From NCBI GenBank assembly GCA_949299565.1, contig OX437086.1, forward strand, positions 102,919 to 166,918: DNA of 64,000 bases, in the 5' to 3' direction. This document shows positions 1 to 10,076 of this stretch, piece after piece (the stretch's first letter is position 1; each line of letters begins with the position of its first letter). The position numbers were made by a program, and so were the translations under genes. A model generated the notes under the pieces. The model did no database searches. It saw nothing but the letters and a program-made list of their open reading frames with translations, and had not been told where the DNA came from. Origin of the DNA: an uncultured Bacillota bacterium (GTDB lineage Bacteria > Bacillota_I > Bacilli_A > RFN20 > CAG-826).

Positions 1-131
1 TTATGCTGAAGTTCTTCATCGCTCAAAGAACCCATCTCTTCGTCGTAAGCCATAACGCGTTCTGCTTCGCGTCCATAACGATTGACTTCTCGCTGTTCCA
101 AGTGAAATATTTTCTCAATAAAATTAGCCAC
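1..131 (-). CDS. secA: Preprotein translocase subunit SecA, 5' end (runs off window start)
   Basis: Not in the ORF track. AGGAG RBS then GTG at 131 reads MANFIEKIFHLEQREVNRYGREAERVMAYDEEMGSLSDEELQH, the typical SecA N-terminus (..LSDEEL..). comFA-comFC-secA synteny is usual in Firmicutes. Confidence 0.85.
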   Translation of the reverse strand, partial: MANFIEKIFHLEQREVNRYGREAERVMAYDEEMGSLSDEELQH

Positions 132-204
132 AATAATCTCCTAAAAATAGAGCGACAACATCTTATCACAAAGCTCTCCTTTCTTTAAGAAAGGAATCAT
201 GACT

Positions 205-831
205 TTATGAAGGAGCGTCAGATGCCGCTACTAAAACTTTAATTTTCCGTGCTCCTAACTCCCTCAATAATGAATAACATGCTCGAATCGTTGAACCTGT
301 CGTCAAAACATCATCCACAAGAAGAATTTTGTAATTTTTTAACGAAACTTTTTCGCGCAATAAAATACAATCTCCGATTTTGGATCGTTCTTCTCTTCCT
401 AAATCGGCCTGCTTAATGTCTTTTGTTTTGATGAACAAATCTAGTTGTCGAAGTCCGAGAGAGGAAAAGATTTCTTTGACGTGTGAAAAACCGCGTTTCT
501 TTTCTCTTTCAGAATATGAAGGGGCGGCTACCATCCAGTAATTTTTAAATTTAAGGCGCAAATAAGGCAAAAAATAATAAAGAAATATGTCTTTTAATTC
601 GTAATCTCCTAGACTCTTAAAACGGAAAAGTAAATTTTGAAACTCTCCGTGATACTTATAAAGAACTAGGGCTTTATCTAAGGAAAAATCAATTTTTCTA
701 AGTTGAGGATTCAGTTTATAAAAACAATGCGGGCAAAGAATTAATTCTCTTTTGCCAATAGTCAAAATATTTTCTTGTAACGGCTTAAAACACACGCGAC
801 AAAAATCCATTGCAGTACTTAATCTCCTCAA
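205..831 (-). CDS. comFC: ComF family competence protein (zinc ribbon + phosphoribosyltransferase domain)
   Basis: CxxC...CxxC at the N-terminus, RGF motif, PRTase LLVDDVLTTGST; downstream of comFA. True start may be MDFC, slightly inside the ORF. Confidence 0.9.
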   Translation of the reverse strand: MRRLSTAMDFCRVCFKPLQENILTIGKRELILCPHCFYKLNPQLRKIDFSLDKALVLYKYHGEFQNLLFRFKSLGDYELKDIFLYYFLPYLRLKFKNYWMVAAPSYSEREKKRGFSHVKEIFSSLGLRQLDLFIKTKDIKQADLGREERSKIGDCILLREKVSLKNYKILLVDDVLTTGSTIRACYSLLRELGARKIKVLVAASDAPS

Positions 832-1948
832 TCGCTTCTTTGATGGCTTTATTATGACGCCGTGTCAAAAAGAGAACCTCACCATCGGGAGCATCGGCTT
901 TTCGCCCGACACGTCCCGCTATTTGAATAAGCGTGCTCGAATCATATATCCATTCTGTATCGGCATTGACGACAATCACCTGAAGATTTTTGATGGTCAC
1001 CCCTCTTTCTAAAATAGAAGTCGTAACCAAAAACGAAAGTTTCCCTTTTTTAAAATCAAAAATTGTTTGCTGATATTTTTCCTCCTCTGAATGGACAAGA
1101 CCTCCGCCTTTAACGAAAAGTTTCAAATAAGAGAAAATATATTCGGCGATTGCGATTGTCGGGGCAAAAATAAAAAGCGGTTTCTCTTCTTTTTGATATT
1201 TCTTTATTTTGTACAAAAGATAGGGAATTCTTAAAAAATCGGGAATGATGATTGCACGAGGAACCGGCAAAGGACGACGATGGAATCTTGTTCGCAATTC
1301 TAAAATTTGATGGCCTTTTTGCTGAAATTGCTGAAGTATTTTCTTGGTCGGAGTTGCCGTCAATAAGACAAAATGTCCCTTGACGGAACGCTTGAAAAAG
1401 AGTTCAAGCAAATCGTTATCTTTGTAGGGGAAAGCGTCAATTTCATCCATAACTAGCAAATCGAAATAATTTTCATAACGAAAAAGCTGATGAGTTGTGA
1501 GAACGATGATGTCGCCGGTCAATTTATCGTGATGACCGCCATAGACGCTCGTGACATTTAAAAAAGGGAAAGCTTCTTGAATTCTAGGAGCTAGCTCAAT
1601 CACTACATCCTTCCGCGGAAGCGCAAAGCCTACTTGACCTCCGTCTCTTAAAACTTTCTCCATCAAGCTATATGTGAGTTCAGTTTTTCCGGCTCCCGTA
1701 ACAGCATAAACTAACGTATTGAGTCCTTGTTTATATCCTAGGCAAACGGCGTCCGCGATTTCTTTTTGCTCTTGGCTCAACTTAAAATTAAGAACCAAGG
1801 TTGGGTTTCTTTCTTTAGAAGAAAGCGGTTCTGCCTTCGTTCCAACAAAACTCAAGCATTTACGGCAGTATTTTCGGCCATTCAGTGACCCGATATAAAG
1901 GGAATCTTCGTTACCGCAACGGGGGCAAAACCAACTCTCTTCCATCAC
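785..1948 (-). CDS. comFA: ComF operon DEAD/DEAH helicase
   Basis: CPRC/CRKC Zn finger, AVTGAGKTE Walker A, DEIDAF, TAT, LERGVT, QIAGRVGR. Confidence 0.92.
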   Translation of the reverse strand: MMEESWFCPRCGNEDSLYIGSLNGRKYCRKCLSFVGTKAEPLSSKERNPTLVLNFKLSQEQKEIADAVCLGYKQGLNTLVYAVTGAGKTELTYSLMEKVLRDGGQVGFALPRKDVVIELAPRIQEAFPFLNVTSVYGGHHDKLTGDIIVLTTHQLFRYENYFDLLVMDEIDAFPYKDNDLLELFFKRSVKGHFVLLTATPTKKILQQFQQKGHQILELRTRFHRRPLPVPRAIIIPDFLRIPYLLYKIKKYQKEEKPLFIFAPTIAIAEYIFSYLKLFVKGGGLVHSEEEKYQQTIFDFKKGKLSFLVTTSILERGVTIKNLQVIVVNADTEWIYDSSTLIQIAGRVGRKADAPDGEVLFLTRRHNKAIKEAIEEIKYCNGFLSRVF

Positions 1949-1981
1949 TAATAAATAGTGAAAGATAGAGCAGTCTGCCCA

Positions 1982-2419
1982 TTATTTTTCGTAATCACTT
2001 ATCAAATCCAAGCGCTTTTGATGTCGTCCGCCAAGAAACTCTGTATTTAGAAAAATATCAATTCGACGAAGAATGTCTTCTTCTTTCATAAAGCGCGCGC
2101 CGAAAGCAACAGCGTTCGCGTTATTGTGTTCACGCAAAAGACGCGTCACTTCATCATCGTAAGCAACGCCGCATCTGATTCCTTTGACCTTATTGATAGC
2201 GATCGAAATACCCTCGCCCGTGCCACAGAAAATAATCGCATAATCAGCTTTATGTTGATTGATAGCTTCCCCGGCTTTGAAAGCAAAAACAGGATAATCG
2301 ACCGATTCTTCAGAAAAGGCTCCAACATCAAGAACTTCAATGTTCTTGTCCATTAAATAGTCCTTCACCTTTTCTTTAATTTCAAAACCGGCATGATCAG
2401 AAGCGAGCACGACCTTCAT
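1982..2419 (-). CDS. rpiB: Ribose 5-phosphate isomerase B
   Basis: ASDHAG, DYP, CGTGEG, NKVKGIR, HNNAN, GGRH motifs; start MKVVL at 2419 with GGAGG RBS. Confidence 0.93.
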   Translation of the reverse strand: MKVVLASDHAGFEIKEKVKDYLMDKNIEVLDVGAFSEESVDYPVFAFKAGEAINQHKADYAIIFCGTGEGISIAINKVKGIRCGVAYDDEVTRLLREHNNANAVAFGARFMKEEDILRRIDIFLNTEFLGGRHQKRLDLISDYEK

Positions 2420-3051
2420 TTTGTTTCCTCCCACATTTTCTTTAGAGTTTCAAATTTTATTTCTCCTTGTCTGATGAGTTTCAAATCGTTATTTTCAACC
2501 TTAATGATTGTCGAAGCTAGAGACGATTGCGACTCACCTTCCACGATAGCGTCTATCCCTTCCGGAAAAGTCTTAAAGACCTCGCGAGAAGAAGTTAAAG
2601 CTAATTCACCCGAACGATTAGCGGAAGTGACTAAACAAGGTTTACTAACTAATTTTAGAAGAGACTGAATGTAGGAGTCATCGGGAACCCGAAAACCAAT
2701 GATTCCAGTTTGATGATCAACCCAGGAGGGAAGCGATGAAATAGCTGGTGCTAAAACGGTTAAAGGAGAAGGAAAAACGCGCTTCAAAAAAGAGAAAAGA
2801 TGAGCGTCTTTCTTCAAAAAAGGAAGCAACATCTCAACGTTAGGAAACATCAATGAGAAAGGTTTATCAGGACTTCTGCCCTTCAATGAACATAATTTTT
2901 CGTATGCTTGCTGATTGTCATAAATGACCCCTACCCCAAAAACTGTCTCAGTCGGAAAAGCCAAAATTCCACCGCGAAGAAGAACTTCAGACGCTTTAAC
3001 GAGATCGCTTTTTATAAGGTGCAGGGTTTTTGCTTCAGGCGACATAAACAA
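2416..3051 (-). CDS. tsaC: L-threonylcarbamoyladenylate synthase (YrdC/TsaC, Sua5 family, short form)
   Basis: FPTETVFG, KGR..DKP, TSANRSG motifs; downstream of prmC. Confidence 0.9.
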   Translation of the reverse strand: MFMSPEAKTLHLIKSDLVKASEVLLRGGILAFPTETVFGVGVIYDNQQAYEKLCSLKGRSPDKPFSLMFPNVEMLLPFLKKDAHLFSFLKRVFPSPLTVLAPAISSLPSWVDHQTGIIGFRVPDDSYIQSLLKLVSKPCLVTSANRSGELALTSSREVFKTFPEGIDAIVEGESQSSLASTIIKVENNDLKLIRQGEIKFETLKKMWEETK

Positions 3052-3877
3052 ATAAAAACCTCAAAAGACCATTCAAGTCTTTAACGAAACGATATTCAGC
3101 GTGAGGTACATAGATTTTTATCTCCTCTTTTAGCATTTCTTCTAAATCAGGAGAAATTTCAAAAGCTAAAAAGATTGAACCTTTTTTCACCCTTTGAAGA
3201 TTAGAAAAAATTTTATGGTAAACATTATTCTCTTCACTTAAAAGCAACGCGGTTTTCGGCTCATAGTTATAAACGGACGCTTGAGCATCATTTAAATCGC
3301 GAATATATGGCGGATTTGAAACGATGATATCAAGGGCCATATTTTTCTCAATAAATGGCGTAAGAGCGTCGCCCTCGAGTGTCGAAATTCCCATTTTTTC
3401 TTTTGCGAAATTAATTCTCGCTACTTCTAGAGCTTCTCTTGAAAGATCAGAGGCCGTAATCAACCAGTTGGGGAAAAGTTCTTTCAAAGCAATCGCAAGT
3501 GCCCCGGATCCAGTTCCGATGTCCGCACAAACCAAATAATTGCGCGGCTCATAATAGTCAGAAATTATTTCGCTCAAATTAGCAATCAGTTCCTCAGACT
3601 CGCCGCGCGGAATCAAAACGCGACTGTCAACAAAAAGACGATGGTGCAAAAAGGAGGCCTCGTTGACGATGTATTCAAGCGGTTCTCCTTTCTTTAAACG
3701 CGCAACTTGTTCCCAAAATAGATTCTCGTTTTTTAAACTATCATTTTGATGAGAAAAAACGTCAATTTGCGAAGAAAACCCTTCGTTCTTCATTATTAAA
3801 GTTCGAAGTTCTAATGGCAAAATGCCGTCCTGTTTTCCCTCGTTATATGCTTTTCTAATAGCCTCTTGAATCGTCAT
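3035..3877 (-). CDS. prmC: Release factor glutamine methyltransferase
   Basis: GEPLEYI, VLIPRGESE, DIGTGSG, NPPY; adjacent to prfA. Confidence 0.93.
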   Translation of the reverse strand: MTIQEAIRKAYNEGKQDGILPLELRTLIMKNEGFSSQIDVFSHQNDSLKNENLFWEQVARLKKGEPLEYIVNEASFLHHRLFVDSRVLIPRGESEELIANLSEIISDYYEPRNYLVCADIGTGSGALAIALKELFPNWLITASDLSREALEVARINFAKEKMGISTLEGDALTPFIEKNMALDIIVSNPPYIRDLNDAQASVYNYEPKTALLLSEENNVYHKIFSNLQRVKKGSIFLAFEISPDLEEMLKEEIKIYVPHAEYRFVKDLNGLLRFLFVYVA

Positions 3878-4950
3878 TCTTTTTCCTCAATCAGCCTCTC
3901 TTGTTCATAATGAATAAGCGCCTCAATGATTGGATCTAATTCTCCTTCCATTACGCGATCAAGCGTATTGGTCGTAAAGCCGATTCGATGATCAGTTACG
4001 CGATTTTGTGGATAATTATAGGTTCGAATCTTTTCTGATCTTGCTCCCGTCCCGACTTTTAATTTCCGTTCGCTAGCCCTTTCGCCTTCGACTTGTGATT
4101 GATAGTAATCGTGCACTTTACTTCTGATCATTCGCAAACAAATCTCTTTATTTTGTAACTGCGCTTTTTCAGTTTGACAGGAAACGACTATCCCCGTAGG
4201 AATGTGCGTGATGCGAACGGCAGATTCGGTCTTATTGACATTTTGTCCGCCAGCACCTTGACTCCGATAAGTATCGATTTTTAAATCGGCAGGATCGATT
4301 TTTACGTCAACTTCTTCCATTTCCGGCATTGCTAAAACGATTGCAGTCGATGTATGAATGCGTCCATTAGCCTCAGTCTTTGGAATTCGTTGAACGCGAT
4401 GAACGCCAGATTCATATTTTAATTTCGAATAAGCATTTTTTCCTTTCACTAAGAAAGAAACATAAGCATAGCCGCCGGCGCTGCCCTCTTCGCCGGACAA
4501 AAATTGAATCTTCCAATTTTCTTTTTCTGCATAGCGCGCATACATTCTCAAAAGGTCACCAGCGAAAATATTGGCCTCATCGCCTCCCGCTGCACCTTGA
4601 ATTTCGACAATGATGTTTTTGCTATCGTTAGGATCTACTGGCAATAGCAAAGAACGCAATTCTTCTTCTAAAACTGATAGTTCGCTTTCGATTCTCCGCT
4701 TTTCTTCCTTAAGAAGAGTCTCCATTTCTGGATCGTTACTCCCAAAGGAAGCAACAATTTCTTTTTCTTCGGCTTCAAGCGCCAAAAAATTATTAAATTT
4801 TTCTACCGGCTCTTCTAGCGAAGCTCTTTCCTTCGAAAGGCTAGCCAAACGTGGGATGTCATTAGCGACATTCGGGTCTTCTAGCTCTTTTTCAATTTCT
4901 TGATATCTAGTCTTCGAACTGACTAGACGTTTACGCATGATTTCTTCCAT
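3874..4950 (-). CDS. prfA: Peptide chain release factor 1
   Basis: GGDEA, ESGVHRVQRIPKTE (PxT), GAGGQNVN, RTYNYPQNR. Start placed at ATG 4950 or 4953, just after a TATAAT at 4958-4963. Confidence 0.96.
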   Translation of the reverse strand: MEEIMRKRLVSSKTRYQEIEKELEDPNVANDIPRLASLSKERASLEEPVEKFNNFLALEAEEKEIVASFGSNDPEMETLLKEEKRRIESELSVLEEELRSLLLPVDPNDSKNIIVEIQGAAGGDEANIFAGDLLRMYARYAEKENWKIQFLSGEEGSAGGYAYVSFLVKGKNAYSKLKYESGVHRVQRIPKTEANGRIHTSTAIVLAMPEMEEVDVKIDPADLKIDTYRSQGAGGQNVNKTESAVRITHIPTGIVVSCQTEKAQLQNKEICLRMIRSKVHDYYQSQVEGERASERKLKVGTGARSEKIRTYNYPQNRVTDHRIGFTTNTLDRVMEGELDPIIEALIHYEQERLIEEKE

Positions 4951-5038
4951 CATTGCTATTATACAGTATTTAAGGAGGGAATATCGCAAGCATTCCTTCT
5001 AGAGCATCACTTCATAAGTGCCTATAATATACTGAGTT

Positions 5039-6766
5039 ATGGCCTATCGTGCTTTGTATTTAAAATATCGTCCTCAATCGTTTAATGAGGTAGCGGGTCA
5101 AGCACCTATCGTAAGGACATTAAAGAATGCTCTAAAAAATGAAAAAATAGCCCACGCCTATCTTTTTTCCGGTCCTAGGGGAACTGGGAAAACAACGATG
5201 GCGAGGCTTTTGGCCAAGGCTTTAAACTGCGAAGCCGGGGTGGGACGTCAATGCAATCATTGTTCCAACTGTCTATCAATTATCGAAGGCACTCACCCTG
5301 ATGTCTTAGAAATCGACGCTGCTTCTAATAATGGCGTTGATCAAGCGCGCGAATTAGTTGAACAAGTTAAATATTCGCCAATTAAAGGACGTTACAAAGT
5401 CTATATCATCGATGAAGTTCATATGATGTCCACGGGCGCTTTCAATGCACTCCTAAAAACTTTGGAAGAACCCCCGGACAACGTAATTTTCATTCTTTGC
5501 ACAACCGAGCCGCATAAAGTTCTTCCAACGATTCTTTCTAGATGCCAACGCTTTGATTTCGGAAAAGTGTCGCCGCTAGATATGAAAAACAAGTTGCTTG
5601 AAGTATTGGAAAAGGAAAATGCAACTTATGAAGAGGAAGCACTCAACTTAGTGATTGAGTTGTCCGATGGTGGCATGCGCGACGCTTTATCAATTCTTGA
5701 CCAGGCCCTTGCTTATGGCGATAACGCATTAAAAACGCAGGATTTGCTCGATATTTACGGATTAGCCTCATCAACAGAAAAAATTGATTTCATCTCCGAT
5801 ATTGCTTCTTCTAACGTTTCTTCAATTCTTGAAAGAGTTGAAAAATATGTTGGGAAAGGGGTTGATTTGCGAAGGTTTACGCGCGAGATCGTTTCTCTTT
5901 TCAAAGATGTCTTAATCATTCGCAAAACCGATGATTCTCATTTGTTAGAGACGCTTCCTGAAAGTGAAGCCCAGCGTCTCAACGCGCTCTTCCCGAATGA
6001 AAAGCTCAATCTTTCTTTAGAATCATTTGTCGCGCTTCTTTCCTCTTTTAAAGAAGTCAATGATGTCCGTTCTGCTTTTGAAATTGGAGTGCTTCAACTC
6101 ATTGATAAGCTCAATTTAAAAGAAACTGCCTCATTGGAGCAAGAACATCTCTTGCCAAAAGAGGAAAAAAAGAGCCTTTCTTCACCGCTAGAAGAAAAGA
6201 AGGAGAAAAAAGGAGAACCTCCGTCCTTCCTTTTTGAAGATGAACCTTTGCCTGAAAATAAAGAAACAAAGGAGACGATTGTCGAGACAAAGCCCCCGCT
6301 CCCAAATCTTGATACTTCAAACGTCACATCTCCTCAAATTGCCGTTGAAGGTGATGCTTATTCACTCGATGAAAATGAAATTGTTAAAATTTTAGTGCTC
6401 GCTTCTAAAAAACGGCAAGAAAGAGAAGAACTTCATCATAAGTGGGAACAACTTTTGCCGCTTAAAACTGATCCAAAATTAGGAAATCTAGCCACCTTGC
6501 TGAGCGATGGAAAACCTCTTGCCCTCACTGATAGTTGTCTCATCGTCAGTTATAACTTCAAGAGATTAAGCGCGAAAGCGAACATCAAACAAAATCAAAA
6601 GCCTCTTTCTCAACTAGTAGAATCGTTATTGGGGCGTCACGTTTTCGTCTACGCGGTTGATCCAATTGAACGTTCTAACGTCATTAAACTTTTTTACTCT
6701 CTTCAAACAATTCACAAACTGCCAGCAATCGATACAATTGTCTTAAATTTACCAAAGGAGGAATAA
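5039..6766 (+). CDS. dnaX: DNA polymerase III subunit gamma/tau
   Basis: ALYLKYRP, GPRGTGKT, Zn cysteines, DEVHM, SRC, GGMRDA. Confidence 0.96.
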   Translation: MAYRALYLKYRPQSFNEVAGQAPIVRTLKNALKNEKIAHAYLFSGPRGTGKTTMARLLAKALNCEAGVGRQCNHCSNCLSIIEGTHPDVLEIDAASNNGVDQARELVEQVKYSPIKGRYKVYIIDEVHMMSTGAFNALLKTLEEPPDNVIFILCTTEPHKVLPTILSRCQRFDFGKVSPLDMKNKLLEVLEKENATYEEEALNLVIELSDGGMRDALSILDQALAYGDNALKTQDLLDIYGLASSTEKIDFISDIASSNVSSILERVEKYVGKGVDLRRFTREIVSLFKDVLIIRKTDDSHLLETLPESEAQRLNALFPNEKLNLSLESFVALLSSFKEVNDVRSAFEIGVLQLIDKLNLKETASLEQEHLLPKEEKKSLSSPLEEKKEKKGEPPSFLFEDEPLPENKETKETIVETKPPLPNLDTSNVTSPQIAVEGDAYSLDENEIVKILVLASKKRQEREELHHKWEQLLPLKTDPKLGNLATLLSDGKPLALTDSCLIVSYNFKRLSAKANIKQNQKPLSQLVESLLGRHVFVYAVDPIERSNVIKLFYSLQTIHKLPAIDTIVLNLPKEE

Positions 6767-6770
6767 ATAA

Positions 6771-7079
6771 ATGCCAAATCCAATGCAGAAAATGTTAATG
6801 CAAGCTCAAAAACTGCAACGCGAAATGTTGAAAGCACAAGAAGAATTAGCGGCTAAAGAATTCACGTCCTCGGCAGGAGGAATTGTGAATGTCACTATCA
6901 AAGGTTCTCGCGAAATCACCTCTATAAAAATTGACGAAGAAGCTTTAAAAGAAGCTGGAAGCGAAATAATCGAAGAATCGCTTATTTCGGCAATCAACAC
7001 TGCCTTACGTGAAATTCAAGAGGCCAACGATCAAATTGAAGAAAAACTCACTCACGGCAACGGAGGTCTCCCCTTCTAA
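6771..7079 (+). CDS. YbaB/EbfC family nucleoid-associated protein
   Basis: MQKMLMQAQKLQ..AQEEL..AGGIV pattern; dnaX-ybaB-recR synteny; AAGGAGG RBS. Confidence 0.9.
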   Translation: MPNPMQKMLMQAQKLQREMLKAQEELAAKEFTSSAGGIVNVTIKGSREITSIKIDEEALKEAGSEIIEESLISAINTALREIQEANDQIEEKLTHGNGGLPF

Positions 7080-7675
7080 TGAGCGAAATAAAAGCTCTTA
7101 ACAATCTTGTTGATTCTTTTTCAAAGCTTCCCGGCGTTGGAATAAGAACCGCTGAACGTCTTGCTTATGCAATTCTCGATATGAAGGATGAGGATGCTTT
7201 TGCTTTTTCCAATGCGATTGTTGAAGTGAAAAATACGATTCATCCTTGTTCTAGCTGTGGGCTTTATGCCACTGAAGAAAAATGTGATATATGCAATGAT
7301 TCTTCGCGTGACCACAAAACATTCTGTGTTGTTGCAAACGCCAAAGACGCTTTGGCAATCGAAAAAACCAAAACCTTCCATGGCTTATATCATGTGCTCG
7401 GCGGTCTCATATCAATGAATCGCGGCATCGGACCCGAGGATCTTCAAATTTCTCGCCTTTTAAAACGTCTGAAAAATGAAGAAGCAAAAGAGGTTATCCT
7501 TGCTTTTAATCCAACAATCGAAGGTGAAACTACAACACTATATCTCGCTAAAATTCTTGAAAAGGAAAACATCCAGGTAACGCGTCTAGCTTACGGATTA
7601 TCGATGGGAACATCATTAGAATACGCTGACGGAATGACACTAGAAAAAGCCTTTGAAGGCCGGAGGAAGCCTTAA
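7079..7675 (+). CDS. recR: Recombination mediator RecR
   Basis: LPGVG HhH, C4 Zn finger, YHVLGG, NPTIEGETT Toprim. Confidence 0.95.
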   Translation: MSEIKALNNLVDSFSKLPGVGIRTAERLAYAILDMKDEDAFAFSNAIVEVKNTIHPCSSCGLYATEEKCDICNDSSRDHKTFCVVANAKDALAIEKTKTFHGLYHVLGGLISMNRGIGPEDLQISRLLKRLKNEEAKEVILAFNPTIEGETTTLYLAKILEKENIQVTRLAYGLSMGTSLEYADGMTLEKAFEGRRKP

Positions 7676-8298
7676 TGTTTATCACGTTTGAAGGTGGCGA
7701 GGGATCTGGCAAATCAACAGCCATCAAGCATCTTGTTAATTTTTTAAAAGAGAACGGATATGAAGTTGTTTTGACGCGCGAACCAGGCGGCACGCCTATT
7801 TCCGAAGAAATAAGAAAAGTGATTTTAGAAAAACAAAACACTGACATGGATCCGTGGACCGAAGCCTTGCTTTATGCGGCCGCAAGACGTCAACATGTCG
7901 TCGAAAAAATTCTACCTGCCCTCAAAAAACATCAAATTGTTCTCTCTGATCGCTATTTAGATTCTTCTTTGGCCTATCAAGGCGGAGCACGTGAACTCGG
8001 AATTGACGAAGTTCTCAAAATAAACGAAGTAGCGACAGGAGGCTTGCTTCCTGATTTAACTATTCTCTTCGATTTAGATCCTAATAACGGTTTAAAACGC
8101 ATCGCCGATAACGAAAGGCGGGAAGTCAATCGCCTCGATTTAGAAAAAATTAGTTTCCATCAAAAAGTCCGTGCTTCATTTTTAGAATTAGCGAAGCGCT
8201 ATCCTGAACGTTATGTCATTATCGACGCTTCCAAAAACGAGAATGAAGTTTACGAGGAAGTATTGTCTGCAGTTAAAAATGTTTTGCGTCGAAGATGA
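7675..8298 (+). CDS. tmk: Thymidylate kinase
   Basis: FITFEGGEGSGKST, TREPGG, DRY..SS.AYQG. Confidence 0.96.
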   Translation: MFITFEGGEGSGKSTAIKHLVNFLKENGYEVVLTREPGGTPISEEIRKVILEKQNTDMDPWTEALLYAAARRQHVVEKILPALKKHQIVLSDRYLDSSLAYQGGARELGIDEVLKINEVATGGLLPDLTILFDLDPNNGLKRIADNERREVNRLDLEKISFHQKVRASFLELAKRYPERYVIIDASKNENEVYEEVLSAVKNVLRRR

Positions 8299-9266
8299 AA
8301 TTCTCTGAATATCTAAAAAAAGACCAGCCAGTTGCGTGGAAATTGCTTACAAATTCTTTTTCTTTGCATCATTTGACTCACGCGTATTTATTATCGGGCG
8401 AGTTAGGCATTCCTCTAAAAGAATGTGCCTTTTTCTTAGCTAAGTCATTTTTATGTCTTCATCCAGACCCTTTAGCAGATGAAGAATGTCGAATTTGTCA
8501 ACGCGTTGAACATTTAACTTATAACGATTTTCTTTTTCTTGATGGCAGCAACGGCACGATCAAAAAAGACGATGTGCGAAATGTAGTTGGCGATTTCTCC
8601 AAGACGCCTTTAGAAACTCGTCACATTCTCGTCTACGTCATTCACTTAGTGGAAAACATGACCACGGAAGCTATTAATTCGCTTCTTAAATTTTTAGAAG
8701 AACCGCAAAAAGATACTTATGCTATTTTAACAAGCGAAAACGAAGCCCGAGTTCTGCCAACTATTCTTTCGCGTTGCGAGGTTATCCGCCTCCGAAAAAT
8801 TCCTCAGGATCAAGTCATTGAAGAAGCCTTAAATGATGGCATTAAATTAGAAGATGCTCTCCTAATTTCATCTTATTTAAACAATCCATCCTCCTTTAAA
8901 AATGAAACTGAAGATGAAGCTTATCAAAATGCAAAATCTCTTTTTCGTGTTGCCGCTGAAAATTTTAAAAAACCAAAGGCAGAACAAATTTTCATTTGGG
9001 AAAAAGATTTAATTCCATTTTTAACAGGAAAAAAAGACGCGCGTCTTTTCATCAATTTTCTTATTTTGTTAGTGCGAGAAATACTTGAGAGCAAAAACGG
9101 GAAAAAAACACTTTCATATTCCTATGCTAAAATATTCATTGGAGACGATGAAAGCGGTCTTAATTTCACGCAGTCGAGTCTCGCTCTTCTATTGAAAGCA
9201 CGTCAAGATCTCGACATGAATATCGGATTGCCTCTTCTTCTTGAGCATTTAATTCGGAGCCTATAA
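8295..9266 (+). CDS. holB: DNA polymerase III subunit delta'
   Basis: HAYLL, NSLLKFLEEP, LPTILSRC; follows tmk. Confidence 0.88.
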   Translation: MKFSEYLKKDQPVAWKLLTNSFSLHHLTHAYLLSGELGIPLKECAFFLAKSFLCLHPDPLADEECRICQRVEHLTYNDFLFLDGSNGTIKKDDVRNVVGDFSKTPLETRHILVYVIHLVENMTTEAINSLLKFLEEPQKDTYAILTSENEARVLPTILSRCEVIRLRKIPQDQVIEEALNDGIKLEDALLISSYLNNPSSFKNETEDEAYQNAKSLFRVAAENFKKPKAEQIFIWEKDLIPFLTGKKDARLFINFLILLVREILESKNGKKTLSYSYAKIFIGDDESGLNFTQSSLALLLKARQDLDMNIGLPLLLEHLIRSL

Positions 9267-9269
9267 TCG

Positions 9270-10076
9270 ATGGAACTTGCAAATTATTACTGTGGGGTAT
9301 TGTTGCCATATAGTCAAAAAACTGAATTTTATTCGGTCACTGATCTATCACTCAAAAAAGGAGATTATGTCGTGATCAATAGCAGCCTGGGATTAGAGAT
9401 GGCACGGGTTTCAACTGACTTAATTAGAGCACGCGAAGAGATGGAGAGTCTCCCAAGCATCCTTCGTAAAGCCGACGCTCAAGATTTGGCGATAAATGAT
9501 CAATATCTAGAACTCAATAAGAAAGCTCAAGAGTGCTTTATTGAGGAAGTAAAAAAATTAGCCCTACCGATGCAACTTCTTTATTCAACTTATACATTAG
9601 ACGGAGATAAGTGCCTCTTTGCTTTCGTCAGCGATGGCCGCGTTGATTTCCGTGATCTTCTGAAGGCTTTAGCCTCCGAACTTCATTGTCGAATTGAGTT
9701 GCGGCAAATCATGCCTCGTGACCGCGCAAAAATCAGCGGAGGCGTCGGAATATGCGGGCTTCCTCTCTGCTGCTCCAACTTCCTTGCGCGTTTCGACGGA
9801 ATCGGAGTCTTCCGTTTAAAGAATCAAATGTTGTCCTTAAATACGCAAAAATTCTCAGGCCCCTGTGGCAAACTTAAGTGTTGTCTCCTTTTTGAGGATG
9901 ATCTCTATATAGAAGAGAAAAAGAAATATCCGCCGGTTGGCAGCATCGTTCGCGATGGTCAAAAAGAATATCAAGTGGATTCATATAACATTCTCTCGCG
10001 CACGATAACTTTAAAAAATGACGATGAGAGTCGAACGATTTCTTTAAATGAACTTTCCAAAATGAATAGACATTGA
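9270..10076 (+). CDS. ricT: PSP1 domain Fe-S protein RicT/YaaT
   Basis: RVDFRDL, RIELRQI, GICGLPLCC, SGPCGKLKCCL; holB-yaaT synteny. Confidence 0.88.
   Translation: MELANYYCGVLLPYSQKTEFYSVTDLSLKKGDYVVINSSLGLEMARVSTDLIRAREEMESLPSILRKADAQDLAINDQYLELNKKAQECFIEEVKKLALPMQLLYSTYTLDGDKCLFAFVSDGRVDFRDLLKALASELHCRIELRQIMPRDRAKISGGVGICGLPLCCSNFLARFDGIGVFRLKNQMLSLNTQKFSGPCGKLKCCLLFEDDLYIEEKKKYPPVGSIVRDGQKEYQVDSYNILSRTITLKNDDESRTISLNELSKMNRH

Noticed and set aside
3-188. 61-aa plus-strand ORF, and the many other short antisense ORFs in the track
   Set aside because: These are shadows of real genes on the opposite strand (here secA), with no RBS or recognisable motifs.
4954-5038. SRP RNA (scr/ffs), which precedes dnaX in Bacillus
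   Set aside because: The gap is only ~85 nt, is occupied by divergent promoters, and has no SRP domain IV motif.
8295-9266. Degenerate Walker A in holB as a sign of pseudogenisation
   Set aside because: Delta-prime subunits are normally ATPase-inactive.
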